64,000 nucleotides of DNA from an uncultured delta proteobacterium (GTDB taxonomy: Bacteria > Myxococcota > B64-G9). The position numbers and the translations under genes are program-made. The stretch lies in NCBI GenBank assembly GCA_963754925.1, contig CAVWHX010000003.1, forward strand, positions 96,001 through 160,000, written 5' to 3'. The notes beneath the pieces were generated by a model. It did not search any database. It saw only the letters and a program-made list of their open reading frames with translations, and had not been told where the DNA came from. Shown in pieces: positions 30,529 through 41,269 of the stretch (position 1 is its first letter; every line of letters starts with the position of its first letter).

Positions 30529-32103
30529 ATGCAGTCAAATTTAAACCACACCCTGGAACTGGTGGGCAAAGAAAAAGGGATCGATAAGGAAATCCTGGTC
30601 GAGGCCCTCGAAGCTGCCATGCTCACCGCGGCGAAGAAAAAATACGGCCAGGATCGCGATCTCGAAGTGCACTACAACGAGGAGGCCGGCGAGGTCGAGA
30701 TCTTCGAATTTCGCACGGTCGTCGAAGTGGTCGCTAACCCGGAGCACGAGATCACCTTGGCAGAAGCTCTCCAGCTCGATCCTGAGGCGACGCTGAACGA
30801 TTCGCTGGGAATCAAGCTGGACAACTCCGATCTCGGACGCATCGCCGCGCAAACCGCCAAGCAGGTGCTCATCCAAAAGGTCCGCGAGGCCGACCACGCC
30901 ATTGTGTACGAGGAGTACAAGGATCGCAAAGGCGAGTTGGTTACCGGCATCGTCCGGCGTTTTGAGCGCGGCAATATTATCGTCGATCTCGGGCGTGCCG
31001 AGGCGATCCTTCCGGTGCGCGAGCAAGTGCCGCGCGAAACGTACCGCGCCGGTGATCGCATCCAGGCGTACGTGATCGATGTCCAACCCGAAGCCAAGGG
31101 CCCGCAGATCGTGCTCTCGCGCACCAGCCCCGGTCTACTGGTAAAGCTCTTCGAAATGGAAGTTCCCGAAATCGACGAGGGCATCGTGACGATCGAGGCG
31201 GCCTCCCGCGAGCCGGGGGCGCGCTCTAAGATCGCGGTCTCCTCGCGCGATCCCGATGTCGACCCGGTGGGCGCCTGCGTGGGCATGAAAGGCTCCCGGG
31301 TTCAGGCGGTGGTGCAGGAACTGCGCGGCGAAAAGATCGACATCGTGCCCTACAGCCAGGATCCGGCCACGTTCGTGTGCAACGCGCTCGCTCCGGCCGA
31401 GGTCTCGCGCGTGATCATCAACGAGGACACGCATTCGATGGAGATCATCGTACCCGACGACCAGCTCTCGCTGGGCATTGGCCGCAAGGGACAGAACGTT
31501 CGGCTGGCGGACAAATTAACGGGCTGGAAGCTCGATATCAATAGCGAGTCCCGTGTCGCGGAAATGTGGAAAAACGCCATGGAGTCGCTCGGTAAGATCG
31601 AGGGCGTAAGCGAAATCATGATCGATACGCTCTACAAATACGGCTTCCGTTCTGCCCGCGACATTATGATGTCCGAGATCGAGAAACTTATCGAAGTCCC
31701 CGGGGTCGGCGATAAAGTCGCCGAGAAGCTCCAACGCTCGGCGGCCAAGGTGGTCTCCGACGAGGAGCAGCAATTGCGTGCCGAGGCGGATGCGCGCAAG
31801 CAATCAGTGGTTGCTTCAAACCTGGGACTGACGGGCGAGCGACAACGTTTTCTGCAGATTCGCGGCATCGGCGACAAGACTATCGATCAGCTGGAGGCGG
31901 GCGGTTACTACACTATCGAGCAGGTGAGCAGCGAAGCGAATGTGGTCAAGCTCGGCGAGGTGACCGGTATCGGCATCAAGAAGGCGCGCCAGATCAAGCA
32001 GGCCATCGTAAGCTATCTCGAGGAGCAAGCCCGCGCGGCCTTGCTTCCTCCCGATCAATCCGTTGAGGCGGTTCCAACCGACAACCCGGCAGTGAAAGAG
32101 TGA
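30529..32103 (+). CDS. nusA: Transcription termination/antitermination factor NusA
   Basis: [12 protein letters not shown]1 and KH domains, [13 protein letters not shown]-terminal HhH repeats. Confidence 0.97.
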   Translation: MQSNLNHTLELVGKEKGIDKEILVEALEAAMLTAAKKKYGQDRDLEVHYNEEAGEVEIFEFRTVVEVVANPEHEITLAEALQLDPEATLNDSLGIKLDNSDLGRIAAQTAKQVLIQKVREADHAIVYEEYKDRKGELVTGIVRRFERGNIIVDLGRAEAILPVREQVPRETYRAGDRIQAYVIDVQPEAKGPQIVLSRTSPGLLVKLFEMEVPEIDEGIVTIEAASREPGARSKIAVSSRDPDVDPVGACVGMKGSRVQAVVQELRGEKIDIVPYSQDPATFVCNALAPAEVSRVIINEDTHSMEIIVPDDQLSLGIGRKGQNVRLADKLTGWKLDINSESRVAEMWKNAMESLGKIEGVSEIMIDTLYKYGFRSARDIMMSEIEKLIEVPGVGDKVAEKLQRSAAKVVSDEEQQLRAEADARKQSVVASNLGLTGERQRFLQIRGIGDKTIDQLEAGGYYTIEQVSSEANVVKLGEVTGIGIKKARQIKQAIVSYLEEQARAALLPPDQSVEAVPTDNPAVKE

Positions 32104-32825
32104 TACGGAGGCATACGCTGGCGTCAACCCGCAACAAAAGATCCGGCCGACGGGCCGGTTCGTTTCGGCTCTGTGTCGGCTGCCGACAGCGCCTGCCGCG
32201 CACGCGTATGTTGCGATTGGTAGCGACGAAGGACGGCGTTCTGCTACCCGACCCGAACGGCCGGCTTCCCGGGCGCGGAGCGCACCTTTGCCCTGACTTA
32301 CGCTGCATTATCCAGGCCGAGCGCAATCAAGCTCTCACGCGGACGTTGCGCGCCACGGTGCGTCTGAGTGACCCGGTTCGAATTGTTCTTACCTGCGCTG
32401 CCGCCTACCATCACCACGCCCTCGAACTGCTCGAACGCAGCGCTCGCATCGGCGCCATGACGCTGAGCGACGAAAGGACGCACGCGGCGTTACGCTCTGG
32501 AGCGGTGGCATTGCTCATACTCGCGACGGACGCCCCAAACAAGGCGATCCACCGGTATACAGAAGAAACAGAGCGGCGCCCACTGCCAACATACCGCGAC
32601 TTCAGCGCGGCAGAGCTTTCGCAGATTGCCGGCGGTCAACCGCTTTGCGGCGCCGGAGTCCTCCATCGCGGCATCGCCTGCCGCCTCAATGATCAGTTGT
32701 ACAAAACGTCCCGACTGCTTGATTCGGTGCGACTTCAAAACAATCAATCCCAGCGGCATTTGACAGCGGGAGAAGTATTCGACATGATGCCGCAAGAGAT
32801 ATCCGGTCAATGGGCCGGCCGGTGA
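32100..32825 (+). CDS. YlxR (DUF448)-L7Ae fusion RNA-binding protein
   Basis: RLCVGCR..GRGAHLC N-terminal domain and LLILATDA L7Ae-like C-terminal domain; lies between nusA and infB. Confidence 0.85.
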   Translation: MIRRHTLASTRNKRSGRRAGSFRLCVGCRQRLPRTRMLRLVATKDGVLLPDPNGRLPGRGAHLCPDLRCIIQAERNQALTRTLRATVRLSDPVRIVLTCAAAYHHHALELLERSARIGAMTLSDERTHAALRSGAVALLILATDAPNKAIHRYTEETERRPLPTYRDFSAAELSQIAGGQPLCGAGVLHRGIACRLNDQLYKTSRLLDSVRLQNNQSQRHLTAGEVFDMMPQEISGQWAGR

Positions 32826-32838
32826 ACAAGGTGTTTCG

Positions 32839-35446
32839 ATGGCTAAGATACGGGTGTATGAGATTGCCAAAGAAGTGAACATCGAGAGTAAGGTCTTGGT
32901 GGCCAAGCTGCAGGCTATGGGCTACGACGTAAAAAGCCACGCCAGCGCCATGGACGAAGCCGAAGGGCGCGAGGTGATCGAGCGCATCAAGGCTGAGACC
33001 AAGGCGAATGTGGTTGAGAAGCGCGTGAGCACCGGAATTATTCGCCGCCGCGCCAAGTCGAGCGGAGCCTCCCCAGAAAGCGACGTCTCAACGCATCTCG
33101 AAGAGCAGCCGGCTGTGGAATCAGTGCTGGAGAAACCGTCGTTGCGGATAATCGAGCCAATCCCGGCCGGACATGAGCGCGGTCAAGAACACGTCGCCGA
33201 GGAAACGTTAAGCACAACGGCCGCTGCCGAATTTTCCCAATCGGTTGAGCCGTCTCCCCTCGAACCCGCACCTGAGCCGGTTGCGCCTGTCGAACCGCCG
33301 ACAGCGCAAAAACACCCGCGACCTATCAAAGAGGGTGGGTCGGGCTTTTACCGGGCCCAGGTAATCCGGCGCCCGACCACGATTGAAACCGCACCGGTGC
33401 AAGCTCAGGTGGTGTCGCGGCCCGCCGCTCCGGCAGAGGCCAAACCGACGGGTATTCGAGTGCTCAAGGTTATACCCGGCAAGGAGGGCCGCGGACATGA
33501 GTTCATCGACATGTCCAAGCCCGAAAAGGGCAAGCGCCCCAAGACGGCACGGGAAACGCGGGCCGACCTGCGCGAACAGCTCTTTGATGTTTTTTCGACC
33601 GAATATGTGCCGGGTTCTCGCCGCAAGCGTATGGGGCGCAAAGCCGGCCGCAAGACCGAGGTGACTACTCCCAAGGAAATCAAACGCGTGATCAAGATGG
33701 AGGGCTATCAGATCTCTTCGGGCGATCTCGCCAAGCGCATGGGGGTTAAACTCCGCGACGTCAACACCAAACTACAAGAGATGGGCGAGGCGATCGAAGA
33801 TCCGACCTCAGAACGTTCCATGGATCTCGAGACCGCCGTGCTGTTGGCGCAAGAGTTCGGCCACGAAGTCCAAGATGTTTCGTTCAAGGAAGAAGATCCT
33901 GAAGGCGGCGGCAAATCAGGAAACGCCCGCCGACCGAGTCCACCGCCCACCCGTCGTTACGGTCATGGGCCACGTCGACCACGGTAAGACCTCAATTCTG
34001 GATGCGATCCGCACCACCAACGTGGCTGGCGGCGAAGAAGGCGGCATCACGCAACACATCGGCGCCTACGAAGTCATGCTTCCGAAAGGCACGATTACCT
34101 TTATTGACACTCCCGGCCATGAAGCCTTCGCCGCCATGCGAGCGCGCGGGGCGAGCGTTACCGATTTGGTGGTGCTCGTGGTCGCGGCCGACGATGGGAT
34201 CATGCCCCAAACCATAGAGGCCATCCATCATGCACAGGCGGCCAAGGTTCCCGTTGTCGTCGCCATCAATAAAGTCGATCTCCCCGCCGCGCAACCCGAT
34301 CGGGTGCGCCAGGCCCTGACCGAGTACAGTCTCGTCTCCGAGCAATGGGGTGGCGACACCCAAATGGTTGAAGTTTCCGCCAAGACCAAGCATGGACTGA
34401 ACGAATTGCTCGACAGCCTGCTGGTGCAGGCTGAAATGATGGAACTCTCCGGCAACCCCAAGAAACCGGCCACGGGTGCAATTCTCGAAGCGCGCCTGGA
34501 CAAGGGACGCGGACCGGTGGCGACCTTGTTGATCAAAGACGGTACGCTCCAACGCGGGGATGTGCTGGTGGTCGGAACCACGTTCGGTCGCGCTCGCATG
34601 ATGTTCAATTTCGAGGGTGAACCCATCGATGCGGTAACCCCGGGCCGGCCGGTACAGGTGCAAGGCCTGAGCGAGGTGCCGTTGGCCGGCGAATCGTTCC
34701 ATGTGGTCCCGAGCGAACGCGAGGCGAAAAAGTTAGTGGACCACCGGCTTGAGGAGCAAAAACTGCAGCGCTCGGGGCAAACCGCCGCGTTGTCGCTTGA
34801 GGATTTCTACGAACGCCTTGCGGGAAGCGAAAAACTTGAGCTCAAGGTGATGATCAAGGCCGACGTCCAAGGTTCGTGCGAGGCGGTGCGCCAAGCGGTC
34901 GAGAAATTGAGCCACCCCCGGGTCTCGATTAAGGTCATACACCATGGGGTTGGCGCCATCACCGAGACCGACATTAACCTGGCCTCGGCCTCAAAGGCAC
35001 TCTTGGTTGGCTTCAATGTCAGACCCGATCCGAATGCCAAGAAGCTGGCGCAAACCGTGGGGGTAGATATTCGCACCTACAAGATCATCTACGATCTCAC
35101 CGAAGACGTCCGCCAGGCGCAAACCGGCTTGTTACCGGCGACAGTAAAAGAAAACATCATCGGTCGTGCCGAAGTTCGCGATCTGTTTAATGTGCCGAAG
35201 ATTGGAACCGTCGCGGGGGTTATGGTGGTCGACGGCAAGCTGCAGCGCGGCGCCTTCATTCGATTACTGCGCGATTCGGTCGAGGTCCACCAAGGCAAGA
35301 TGTCGTCGTTGAAACGTTTCAAAGAGGATGTCCGCGAGGTCGCCAATGGTTTCGAGTGCGGCATCGGAATTGAAAATTTCAACGACATCAAGCGGGGGGA
35401 CATTATCGAGGCTTTCATACGCGAGGAAGAGCGCCCCACGCTCTAG
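32839..35446 (+). CDS. infB: Translation initiation factor IF-2 (frameshift near 33890)
   Basis: [13 protein letters not shown]-terminus; [28 protein letters not shown] and GFECGI in the second frame. Confidence 0.96.
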
Positions 35447-35550
35447 CAAAAAGCAAGGACAACTTCTGCAGAATTACTTCGTTTGTGTTGTATAAAGCGG
35501 TTCTTTTATATTTGTTGCGGCAAAGCGACCTTGTGAAATTCGGTTTTGTT

Positions 35551-35595
35551 GTCATCCCCGCGAAGGCGGGGAACCAGAAAATCCCCTGAGGGGAT
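35551..35595. repeat. REP-like palindromes
   Basis: GTCAT-CCCCGC-GAAG-GCGGGG-AACCAG and ATCCCC-TGA-GGGGAT hairpins. Confidence 0.6.
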
Positions 35596-35616
35596 GAAAA
35601 AGTCTTTGAGGGATGT

Positions 35617-35904
35617 ATGGTTGTTGGTGTCGTTCGCCTAACACTGCAAATTCCGGAAAACGATTCTCTCAAGGGTAAACGCCGGGTGGTAAAGCACATC
35701 ATCGAGCGCACCCGGAACCGCTTTGATATAGCAATTGCTGAAACCGATCTTCAGGATAGCCATCGCGAAGCCGAATTAGGGCTCGTCTGCGTTGGCAACG
35801 ACCGGCGGGTGGTTAATTCGGTACTCGACCGAGCAATAGGGTATATCGACTCACTCGGCGCCGCGTTTATCACCGGCAACGTTCTTGAGATACTTAATAT
35901 CTAG
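35617..35904 (+). CDS. DUF503 (YlxP) family protein
   Basis: MVVGV..SLKGKRRVVK..RNRFDIAIAE..QD. Confidence 0.92.
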   Translation: MVVGVVRLTLQIPENDSLKGKRRVVKHIIERTRNRFDIAIAETDLQDSHREAELGLVCVGNDRRVVNSVLDRAIGYIDSLGAAFITGNVLEILNI

Positions 35905-36040
35905 TAAACTCACTTCGTGAGCGATATCTCTAGCCCCCTTCGGGGGTTTAGAGATTCTTGCTGAGCGCAGTGAAGATAGAATCCTCTAACCCCCTTCGGG
36001 GGTAAGAGGCTGTAACTCCCTTCGGTCGTAACAGCCTCTA
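35901..36040. repeat. Cluster of chained REP-like hairpins
   Basis: Five adjacent or overlapping stem-loops, most with TTCG/CGAA loops; the reverse complement aligns with 52224-52282. Confidence 0.8.
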
Positions 36041-36676
36041 AAAGTGCGCGGCTACCCCAAGCCTGCCTTCGACCGGTATGGCGTAATAGTGTGGATAAAC
36101 CTCGACAAAGTAGGGAAGAATATCCGCTTCTATGAACAACCCGAAACCGCCCCAAACCCATTCGACGCCGAAACCAAATAACAATCCAGGCAGAAATACG
36201 TTGTCGCTCTGATTGTATCTGTTAACCCGAAAGGTCAGAGGTACAGCTGCTCGGAAGTATAGTTGTTGATGAAAGAATTTCGGCAAGAAAAGGCGGATTC
36301 CCGGTCGAAGGCTCATCCAGACGAAAGTTTCAGCTCCAACATCGACATTGTAGTAGCGAGCATAGTAATTGTAGCCATAATAGTCGAATGAAAAGTTGAT
36401 CGCCAGGTCTAATGACAAAAACCTCGTCAATCGATACCCCACGAGCAACTCAAAATCGAACGGCGCAACATACGTCGAGTCACAGGAAAAATCATCACAT
36501 CGATAGGTTATATATCCCCCCTCGGCGATCGAGAAGTTGAGATCCAACCGACGCATCCGTTCATAACCCCTTTCGGGTTCTGCGGGCGGATAGTAGTATC
36601 CTTGTGCTTCGGCTGCGCTGCTTAAAACCAGCAAACCCGAAATAAACGTAACGGCGGTTAATAATTTCTCATTCAT
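36038..36676 (-). CDS. Hypothetical outer-membrane beta-barrel-like protein
   Basis: Signal peptide, alternating aromatic beta-strands, C-terminal Phe (GRLGVAAHF). Confidence 0.65.
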   Translation of the reverse strand: MNEKLLTAVTFISGLLVLSSAAEAQGYYYPPAEPERGYERMRRLDLNFSIAEGGYITYRCDDFSCDSTYVAPFDFELLVGYRLTRFLSLDLAINFSFDYYGYNYYARYYNVDVGAETFVWMSLRPGIRLFLPKFFHQQLYFRAAVPLTFRVNRYNQSDNVFLPGLLFGFGVEWVWGGFGLFIEADILPYFVEVYPHYYAIPVEGRLGVAAHF

Positions 36677-36677
36677 T

Positions 36678-37568
36678 TTATTTTTTTCTCCTTTTCGGTT
36701 GCTTCGGAGAAGCGGTCTTGTCACCCAGGATAGTCCCTATACCCTGCCCCATGCATATCGACATTCCCACCTGAAGTTTATCAAAGTGGGCACGGTCTGG
36801 TTCAAGAATCAGCACCACGGTTGAACCCATCTCAAAAACCGCAACCTCACTGCCTTTAGAGACGTCACAAGGCTTGGGGAAATTCTCATGCTGCAGGCAC
36901 GCGCCAGCTTGGTTGGTGACAACATCGCTAAAAAGCAAGCGAATGGAGCCAACACAATGAGCGCCGACCATCACCAATGCTAGGTTTCCAGCGGGAGTAT
37001 CGGCATAGAGCACCAGGCGCTCATTTTGAGTATAAAGCCCCTCAATCCACTGAATGCTCGGGGGATTTACCGGCAAGAGGCAGCCGGGCATATATGAAAA
37101 ACCAGTAATGTGCAGATCGACGGGAGCATGAATACGGTGGTAGTTATAGGGACTCAGGTAAATAGTTGCATACGATCCATTCTCATATTTCCGTGACCTG
37201 AGCTCATCAGCGAGAAGATCGCCAAGACTATAGCTGATGCCCTTAACTTGAAGTATGCGGTCGTGGTCACAGACACCCATCGAAACTACCCGGCCATCGA
37301 CCGGGGAGACAATGACGCCAGGGTCGGGGTCGATCGGCCGCACGCCTGCTTTCAAGCGGCGGGTAAAGAAATCATTGAGGGTTGGATAAGCATCAAGAGC
37401 CAGCTCGGCTTCAGAAACATCGATTCCCCAGAGCCAGGCAAAGGCGGGAATCACCCGGCGCGAGGCGGCTGCACGGGAAAATCTGCCCCATACACGCGAT
37501 ATCGAGTTGGTCGGTAAAAAACGAAAACTCTCTGCTTTCAGTCGGCTGAGGGATTCTAGTAGCCCCAT
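36678..37568 (-). CDS. psd: Phosphatidylserine decarboxylase proenzyme
   Basis: FFTRRLK, SPVDG, YLSPYNYHRIHAP, NER, FEMGST cleavage motif. Confidence 0.95.
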   Translation of the reverse strand: MGLLESLSRLKAESFRFLPTNSISRVWGRFSRAAASRRVIPAFAWLWGIDVSEAELALDAYPTLNDFFTRRLKAGVRPIDPDPGVIVSPVDGRVVSMGVCDHDRILQVKGISYSLGDLLADELRSRKYENGSYATIYLSPYNYHRIHAPVDLHITGFSYMPGCLLPVNPPSIQWIEGLYTQNERLVLYADTPAGNLALVMVGAHCVGSIRLLFSDVVTNQAGACLQHENFPKPCDVSKGSEVAVFEMGSTVVLILEPDRAHFDKLQVGMSICMGQGIGTILGDKTASPKQPKRRKK

Positions 37569-37643
37569 GGTACTCCTCGTGGCGTTCTGGGAACCTTACC
37601 ATTCTACGGTCGGCCAACGCAAGGATTCGGCGGCAACCGATGC

Positions 37644-39626
37644 TCAACCGGAGGTGATATTAACCGACCAGCGTTCGAGGTACTCGGTGGACGAAATTTC
37701 CTCGATAAAACGAGATGGTCGCAACAACACCCTGCGTCGGCCCGATCGATCCGCTGCCATGGGGTACACCACATACAGCTCCTCCATGGTGCGGGTGAGC
37801 GCCACATAAAACAGCCGACGTTCCTCCGCTTCGCCGCCCGCTTCGAGCAATGCCCGTGGATGGGGGAACCCGCCCTCGTTGAGACCAATTAAAAAAACCA
37901 CCATCCACTCCAGACCCTTGGCCTGGTGAATGGTGCTGAGTATCAGGCGCTCGTCAGACTCCTTTGAACCGATTACTTCTTCGGTCCCAAAACTCGCCAG
38001 AAGATGCAATTCCGAAAGAAAGCTTTGGATTGAATCGAATCGATCCGCATAGTCGCCGAGCCGTTCAAGATCGTCGGCGCGAACTTTCGGGTTCGGGTAC
38101 ACCCGTGCGAGCAGCTCGCGATATCCTTGGTCGAGAACCGCTTGAATTACGCCACCAGGATTATTCGTTTCTTTTCCAAGGTAGCCAGAAAAAAAACTCG
38201 TCAGCCTCTGGATGGCGTCTCGTCCGCGTTTGGGAATTTCCTCCATGCGAAATCGCTTCACCAAAAATTCAAGTGGATTATTGTCTTGCTTGATCTCATT
38301 GAAGATTCGGGCCGCCAACTGCCTACCAATGCCGGGCTGCAACTTCAACACGCGCATCCATGAAAGCTCGTCATGTGAATTTTCTAAGATGCGCAGGTAG
38401 GCAATTACATCTTTAATATGGGCTTGCTCGAAGAAACGCACGCCGGAGCGAACCAGATAGGGTATCTTACGCCGAGTTAGCTCAACCTGCAGCTCGAGAC
38501 TGTGATGGTGGGCGCGGTATAGTACCGCCATTTTGTTCAGGTTTATACCTTCCTGGGCAAGCTCCGTTACCCGCTGGGCCACAAAGGCGGCCTGGGTATC
38601 GTTATCGGGCACCGGTATCAAGGCGGGCAAAGGACCGTCCGGCTGTTTGCCGAAAAGTTCCTTTGGTACTTGTTGGCGGTTTTGGCGAATCGCCGCATTC
38701 GCCAACGCAAGGATTTGCGGACTGCTGCGGTAGTTTTGCTCGAGTTTAAAGAGCATTGCAGAAGGCCAGCGTTCGATAAAACGGGGGATGTTATTGGGAT
38801 CGGCCCCCCGGAAACTATAAATTGACTGCGCATCGTCTCCCACAACGGTCAGGTTGCCGTTCTCGCGAGCAAAAAGGTCAACAATGCCGCACTGCAAAGC
38901 GTTGGTATCTTGATACTCATCCACCAAGACATGCCGCAACTTTCTGGAGATATTCCTTGAAACATCATGGTTATCTTCCAAAATAATTTTGAGATTCAGC
39001 AGCAAATCATCAAAATCCATGGCGTTGCAGGCTCGTTTACGTTTCCGAAAGTCACGCGCCAGCGCTAAAATATCATCGAGGTAGGGAAGCAGCTCTGGAG
39101 TGTGATGCAGAATAACTTGATCTAACGGTTGTAACGTATTGACGGCGAAACTAATCGGCTCAATGATGGCTGCGGGTCGTGGAAGAAGTCGATCGCTACG
39201 AGGCGTATACTCAGCCATACAACTGGCCAGCAGATCCTGGCTATCTTCCTCGTCCAAAATGGAGTACCCCGTTTCGTACCCGAGCTTATTGGCTTGGGTG
39301 CGCAGAATACGGTTAGCGACATGGTGAAAGGTGCCGCCGAGAACCTGTCGTGCTTGACCGCCAATTAACTCCTCGACGCGATTGAGCATCACGTGGGCGG
39401 CTTTGTTGGTAAAGGTACAGAGCAGTATCTCATCAGGAGGCACCCCACCTTCAAGCAACCGCGCTACTCTGAAGACCAAGGTGCGGGTTTTGCCGGTGCC
39501 TGCGCCAGCGATTACCAAAATCGCTCCCTCTCTCGCCATAACTACCTCAAGCTGCTGAGGGTTTAATGCAGAGGAGTAATCAACCGTAGAACCCGAAGAA
39601 GAAGTCGCAAGGCGGTAAGTCTTCAT
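37644..39626 (-). CDS. UvrD/PcrA-family ATP-dependent helicase
   Basis: AGAGTGKT, TFTNKAA, VDEYQD, GDDAQSIY, NYRS, TIHQAKGLEW, EERRLFYVA. Confidence 0.95.
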   Translation of the reverse strand: MKTYRLATSSSGSTVDYSSALNPQQLEVVMAREGAILVIAGAGTGKTRTLVFRVARLLEGGVPPDEILLCTFTNKAAHVMLNRVEELIGGQARQVLGGTFHHVANRILRTQANKLGYETGYSILDEEDSQDLLASCMAEYTPRSDRLLPRPAAIIEPISFAVNTLQPLDQVILHHTPELLPYLDDILALARDFRKRKRACNAMDFDDLLLNLKIILEDNHDVSRNISRKLRHVLVDEYQDTNALQCGIVDLFARENGNLTVVGDDAQSIYSFRGADPNNIPRFIERWPSAMLFKLEQNYRSSPQILALANAAIRQNRQQVPKELFGKQPDGPLPALIPVPDNDTQAAFVAQRVTELAQEGINLNKMAVLYRAHHHSLELQVELTRRKIPYLVRSGVRFFEQAHIKDVIAYLRILENSHDELSWMRVLKLQPGIGRQLAARIFNEIKQDNNPLEFLVKRFRMEEIPKRGRDAIQRLTSFFSGYLGKETNNPGGVIQAVLDQGYRELLARVYPNPKVRADDLERLGDYADRFDSIQSFLSELHLLASFGTEEVIGSKESDERLILSTIHQAKGLEWMVVFLIGLNEGGFPHPRALLEAGGEAEERRLFYVALTRTMEELYVVYPMAADRSGRRRVLLRPSRFIEEISSTEYLERWSVNITSG

Positions 39627-39844
39627 GTAATCCCAATGCGGTACATCCGCAACCAGAAATGATTCTCAAGGCGCCTCAGTAGTTGGTCATTGGTAAAAAT
39701 AAAAGTGAAACCATTTACTTACTAAATAAAAAGTTGACGTTGGATAACACTTATGAAAAAGAAACGCAATGGGTAAATAAATATATGTAGGATAATGTGG
39801 TATATTTCTTGACATAATTATTTTCTTTGAGATAAACCCAAGTC

Positions 39845-40696
39845 ATGAGGAATATCGCGATGGACAAGCATATTCTGAGTCTTGTGATCGTGATCATACC
39901 TTTATCGGCGGCAGCCCAGGCAATTGGTGCGAGTTCAGCTCCACCATCATTTCGTCATCCAACCCTTCAAGTAGAGGAATCCGCTACCAATAATGAAAAC
40001 CATGGAAAGTTCAATCCCACCTCGCCCGTTGAAAAGATTATTGAACGTTGCGAACGTAGCTACCGTCATTCTGTTTTAAATACGTGCGAAAAATGGTCAG
40101 TCGCTTCGATTGAAAAAGCGCATCAGCCTGAGCTAAAACTAGATCCGATGGTAGTACAACATCGATTGGATATCGCCTCACGGGCGCGCGCCTTATTGAA
40201 GAATCCTCATTTTGTTGTTGGTGAAAGAGATTATCACGCAGATTGTTCTGGGTTGGTGCTGGCCGTATTTGCGGCTGAGAACAATCCTCTGGAGGAATTA
40301 CTCAAAGACGCCAAACCCGGCGAGAGTTACGTTTCGGCACTTCATCGGGCCGCGGCCAAACGCGGGTTACTCCACAAACATCGCGTTCCCGAAATAGGTG
40401 ACATCGTTTTTTTCGACAATACCTGGGATCGTAACATGGATGGCAAAGCAAACGATCCTCTGACGCACATCGGCATTGTTGAGCGAGTTGATCCAGACGG
40501 TACCATTTCATTCATCCACCACTCGCGGGGTGGCGTCTTACGATATAAAATGAACCTCTTTTCACCCGGGGTTCACCGAGATCCCAAGACAAACAAGGTT
40601 CTCAACCAGTATCTAGGGGTCTATTCGAAAAAATCCGTTCGCAAGTGGCAGCTTTCGGGTGAACTATTCAATTCATTTGCCACAATAGCTCGTTGA
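39845..40696 (+). CDS. Secreted NlpC/P60 (CHAP-like) cell-wall hydrolase
   Basis: Signal peptide, DCSG, GDIVFF, THIGIV. Confidence 0.85.
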   Translation: MRNIAMDKHILSLVIVIIPLSAAAQAIGASSAPPSFRHPTLQVEESATNNENHGKFNPTSPVEKIIERCERSYRHSVLNTCEKWSVASIEKAHQPELKLDPMVVQHRLDIASRARALLKNPHFVVGERDYHADCSGLVLAVFAAENNPLEELLKDAKPGESYVSALHRAAAKRGLLHKHRVPEIGDIVFFDNTWDRNMDGKANDPLTHIGIVERVDPDGTISFIHHSRGGVLRYKMNLFSPGVHRDPKTNKVLNQYLGVYSKKSVRKWQLSGELFNSFATIAR

Positions 40697-40698
40697 GG

Positions 40699-41190
40699 CT
40701 ATTCCAGGCGAACCTCAACCAACGATACCTCGAGATTGATAGAGTCGAGCAGGGCCACGGTACGACGGCCAGAAACCCAACCGCATAATTCGCCAGGATT
40801 GATGAAGAGAACCTCCCCTTCTCTCTCTATCGTGGGGTTGTGGGTATGGCCTGAGATGACAATCCGGGCGCCGCTATGAATGATTTCGGCGCGCACTGAA
40901 CGGGTTATATCATGCACGACAACTACCTTTTTCCCATCTAAATTCAAGTGGTAAGGCCCAATTTGGATGCGGCCTTTTGACTTCTGGGTGAGGCCTTGTT
41001 GTTCGCCGTCGTTATTGCCAAAGACGCCGATCCAGGGGCAACGTAGCCCCTCAAGCGGCGCCAATGAAAAGGGCGCAACGAAGTCTCCGGCATGAATCAC
41101 AAACTCAACGTTTTTTTCATTGAAAATCTCCACAGCGCGCGTGAGGGCCGTGATATGATCGTGCGAATCTGATACTATTCCTACTTTCAT
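40699..41190 (-). CDS. YfcE-family metallophosphoesterase
   Basis: SDSHD, HAGD, GNND, GHTH, NPG. Confidence 0.92.
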   Translation of the reverse strand: MKVGIVSDSHDHITALTRAVEIFNEKNVEFVIHAGDFVAPFSLAPLEGLRCPWIGVFGNNDGEQQGLTQKSKGRIQIGPYHLNLDGKKVVVVHDITRSVRAEIIHSGARIVISGHTHNPTIEREGEVLFINPGELCGWVSGRRTVALLDSINLEVSLVEVRLE

Positions 41191-41269
41191 CGGCAACGCT
41201 CCGTGGACGTCCTCAAGCAAACCAGTATTTTCGACCGTATGGAGTTTTAACACCCCAGCGGGATACTTG

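Noticed and set aside
33875..33987. Programmed frameshift or split IF-2 as a regulatory feature
   Set aside because: No slippery heptamer or stimulatory structure is evident, and many other genes show similar breaks, so a sequencing error is more parsimonious.
35901..36040. Possible mini-CRISPR array
   Set aside because: The units are palindromes of unequal sequence with no constant repeat or unique spacers, and there are no cas genes in the window.
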